This document shows, in pieces, positions 6,490-8,833 of a DNA stretch of 8,833 nucleotides. The stretch lies in the IMG/VR virus record IMGVR_UViG_2547132277_000011; one strand, written 5' to 3'. The position numbers were made by a program, and so were the translations under genes. Numbering within the stretch: position 1 is the stretch's first letter; every line of letters starts with the position of its first letter. The notes below the pieces were generated by a model that did no database searches, was not told the origin of the DNA, and worked only from the letters and a program-made list of their open reading frames with translations. Source of the DNA: a virus. Lineage: Duplodnaviria > Heunggongvirae > Uroviricota > Caudoviricetes.

Positions 6490-6855
6490 TTACTCAGTAA
6501 CGACCGCGCCTTCCGGTAATTTCATACCGGCAAATACCGGCAGCCCGGGGATCGTTATCTGCAGCTGGTTAGCCAGGGAGTTAATCTCAGCGACCAACAC
6601 TGGCTTCGTATAGCGCCATGCCGCCAGCCCTTGTCCACAGAAGCTCGCCATATCTTTTTTCTGATCAAACTCATGACACTTCATATTGAGCTGCGCACTT
6701 AAGCTGTTGCGATGCTGAAGTTCTCCGGTGAAGTAGTCATCCAGGACTTTATAGGCTGCATATTTAAATCCGGGGTTTAGCCATGCTGCATAATCATAAG
6801 CAACAAACTTCCCGCCATATGTTCCACCGTGTACACCGCGCTCAGTAAAAACCAC
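6490..6855 (-). CDS. Hypothetical protein; the N-terminal part resembles the C-terminal half of a KilA-N domain; possibly an N-terminally truncated remnant
   Basis: GVHGGTYGGKFVAYDYAAWLNPGFKYAAYKVL fits the KilA-N-type pattern G-T-W/Y...A...A-WL-S/N-P-x-F as I recall it. The only start candidate is GTG 6855 with a weak SD; the first ATG is internal. The frame runs directly in phase from the Rz stop (TAG 6879..6877). Confidence 0.4.
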   Translation of the reverse strand: MVFTERGVHGGTYGGKFVAYDYAAWLNPGFKYAAYKVLDDYFTGELQHRNSLSAQLNMKCHEFDQKKDMASFCGQGLAAWRYTKPVLVAEINSLANQLQITIPGLPVFAGMKLPEGAVVTE

Positions 6856-6876
6856 AGATTCGTGTTTTTTCTCCAG

Positions 6877-7344
6877 CTACTTAATGCGCTGGGTGCGGAT
6901 ATATTCCTGCGCCCCTTCCAGTTGCTTCTGCATCGTCATCAACCGTTCTCTGAGGGTGAAATAATCCCGTTCAGCGGTGTCTGCCAGTCGGGGGCTGGTT
7001 GCATTATCCATGCTGGTGGGTCCGGTGGCTTCACGCACGGCTGCGGAGCAACTGGCATTGACCCGCAGGCGCTTACGACCAGCGGCAACATCAGCGCGCA
7101 GAGTTTCATTTTCAGTTTTCGCATCGGCTAACTCCTTCGTGTATTTTGCATCGATCGCAGCAACATCACGCTGACGCTGCTGCATGTCAGCGATGGTGGC
7201 GGTCGCCTGCTTCAGCTCACTGACTTTTTTATCACGCTGTTCTTTGTAGGCGATGGCGTTATCACGGTAATGATTCAGCCCCAGACTAAGCACAACACAG
7301 GCCACCAGCAGCATAGCAATCACTACATACAGAACACGGTTCAT
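6877..7344 (-). CDS. Rz: Rz i-spanin (inner-membrane spanin), 155 aa from ATG 7344
   Basis: MNRVLYVVIAMLLVACVVLSLGLNHYRDNAIAYKEQRDK...DAKYTKELADAK...SPRLADTAERDYFTLRERL.TMQKQLEG matches lambda Rz near-colinearly. The ORF-track start at 7428 is an upstream GTG; I prefer ATG 7344, which aligns with the lambda Rz N-terminus. Confidence 0.9.
   Translation of the reverse strand: MNRVLYVVIAMLLVACVVLSLGLNHYRDNAIAYKEQRDKKVSELKQATATIADMQQRQRDVAAIDAKYTKELADAKTENETLRADVAAGRKRLRVNASCSAAVREATGPTSMDNATSPRLADTAERDYFTLRERLMTMQKQLEGAQEYIRTQRIK
6939..7124 (-). CDS. Rz1: Rz1 o-spanin (outer-membrane lipoprotein), 61 aa, embedded out of frame within Rz
   Basis: MRKLKMKLCALMLPLVVSACGS...CVKPPDPPAWIMQPAPDWQTPLNGIISPSENG matches lambda Rz1 (MLKLKMMLCVMMLPLVVVGC...PAWIMQPPPDWQTPLNGIISPSERG). 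Lipobox LVVSAC and a proline-rich body are present. It lies wholly inside Rz in another frame, as in lambda. Confidence 0.9.
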   Translation of the reverse strand: MRKLKMKLCALMLPLVVSACGSMPVAPQPCVKPPDPPAWIMQPAPDWQTPLNGIISPSENG

Positions 7345-7612
7345 ATCACCACCAACGGATTGCCCAGACCAGAACAGCGACCGCCACAAGGCGAATTGCA
7401 AAGGCCGTTGCCCGAATAAAATCAGCACTCATCTGTTTAAATAAATTGTTGTGTATGCAACCAGTGCAGTACAAATAATCCATGCAACTGGCGTCAGTAT
7501 ATGTCTGATGCCCCGGCATACCGCGATGATTTTTGCGGCATCGTCAGCACCCTGCGAAGTTGTTTCTGCTTTTATCATCAGTTGCCATGTCCCTCATGAC
7601 ACCCATCACCAC

Positions 7613-7895
7613 TCACGATTTCAGAGCAACAATCAATTTTGCCAGCCCATACAGCATCGGAGACACGGCGATGCCAACCGCCACCCACTTAATGGCAAAA
7701 GCCACCGCCCGGATAAGGCAGAGATTCGCCGTATTTTCTGTCTTATCTACAAACATATGCTATCGCTGCAACCGCAAAACCAATTGCCCCGATCATTGCC
7801 GATAATGCAAGAATAATTCCGGCAATATTTGCTGCTTTAGGTGTCATACTGCACCCTATACTCAGAAAGGTTTTATTGTTATCCTTTACCTGCAT
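7613..7895 (-). pseudogene. S-like class I holin remnant, apparently frameshifted into two short ORFs (7743..7895 and 7613..7756)
   Basis: Hand translation gives MQVKDNNKTFLSIGCSMTPKAANIAGIILALSAMIGAIGFAVAAIAYVCR* and, in a second frame, MFVDKTENTANLCLIRAVAFAIKWVAVGIAVSPMLYGLAKLIVALKS*. These resemble lambda S TMD1 ([27 protein letters not shown]) and the following FTKTVIDATMCAIIAWFIRD region. The frame break near 7745..7760 is at the position corresponding to lambda RGRYNGGAF. Both pieces are below the ORF-track size cutoff. Confidence 0.35.
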
Positions 7896-7927
7896 GAATT
7901 ATATCCATGTCTGATTTGTCAAAATGC

Positions 7928-7956
7928 AACCCCGGACTGTTCCCCCAGCCGGGGTT
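7928..7956 (-). terminator. Rho-independent terminator-like hairpin (8-bp stem AACCCCGG/CCGGGGTT, 13-nt loop) followed on the minus strand by GCAUUUUG; analogous in position to lambda tR' upstream of S
   Basis: Perfect 8-bp GC-rich stem at 7928..7935 and 7949..7956 with a U-run immediately 3' on the minus strand. A T-run also follows on the plus strand, so it could act bidirectionally. It sits directly upstream of the holin-like remnant. Confidence 0.5.
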
Positions 7957-8149
7957 TTACTTTTATTCACTTACCTTTTGCCAGTTTGCAGGATTTCGTG
8001 TTATCCGCTCGCGGGAGCACACGCCATTTTTCAGCAAAATATTCTGCTAGCTGTCGATACCCCAGCACACCAGTGCCGCTTCCTGGTCACGGCGAATAAC
8101 CTGTCCATAGCAGTTATTTGAACGTATGCGGCAATCGCGTCCACCATCT

Positions 8150-8833
<684 letters not shown>

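Larger units (their letters stand above)
1..8149 (-). mobile_element. Defective lambdoid (lambda/DLP12-like) prophage segment; late genes on the minus strand; no head/tail genes present
   Basis: Lambda gene order on the minus strand: S-like remnant, Rz/Rz1, cos, Nu1, A, W, portal fragment, then tfa remnants. Recognised from the translated ORFs and a cosN-like sequence. The extent is bounded only by the IS end at about 8150; the left boundary is outside the window. Confidence 0.8.

Noticed and set aside
6199-6613. ORF-track entries 6199..6414 (-, 71 aa, TTG start) and 6281..6613 (+, 110 aa)
   Set aside because: The first spans the cosN-like sequence and has a non-ATG start. The second is antisense to the KilA-N-like ORF and crosses the hairpin. 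Neither has a credible RBS.
6829-7174. ORF-track entries 6829..7131 (+) and 6977..7174 (+)
   Set aside because: Antisense to Rz/Rz1, which are confidently assigned by homology.
7345-7428. Upstream GTG-initiated extension of Rz (MLILFGQRPLQFALWRSLFWSGQSVGGD...)
   Set aside because: Homology to lambda Rz begins at ATG 7344; the extension is more likely untranslated or debris of the preceding gene.
7451-8121. ORF-track entries 7451..7816 (+), 7533..7805 (+) and 7924..8121 (+)
   Set aside because: Antisense to the holin-like remnant or the late-control region; His/Cys/Pro-rich non-protein-like translations; 7924..8121 runs through the terminator hairpin.

Overview
This window reads, on the minus strand, as a decayed lambda/DLP12-like prophage segment with an insertion-sequence end at the right edge. 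From high to low coordinates: the right end of an IS21-family element (istB, running off the window); a short gene remnant and a terminator-like hairpin; a degenerate lysis region (frameshifted S-like holin, no intact endolysin ORF); intact nested spanin genes Rz/Rz1; a KilA-N-like ORF lacking its N-terminus; a cos site closely resembling lambda cosN/cosB; an intact packaging module (Nu1-like small terminase, 700-aa gpA-like large terminase, gpW) with overlapping start/stop codons; a portal gene cut off after about 205 codons; an orphan 404-aa ORF of unknown function; a 42-codon tail-fibre-assembly (tfa) 3' remnant; an AT-rich class I SAM-dependent methyltransferase on the plus strand; and a short Tfa-family gene. 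No head, tail or tail-fibre genes are present, so the prophage cannot be viable. I saw no rRNA, tRNA or CRISPR array. The most interesting part is the left 2.7 kb: the 404-aa ORF sitting where the whole structural module should be, and the methyltransferase flanked by two diverged tfa 3' ends. All assignments come from reading the sequence and recalled family knowledge; no database search was run, and function calls for the 404-aa ORF, the KilA-N-like ORF and the lysis remnants are tentative.
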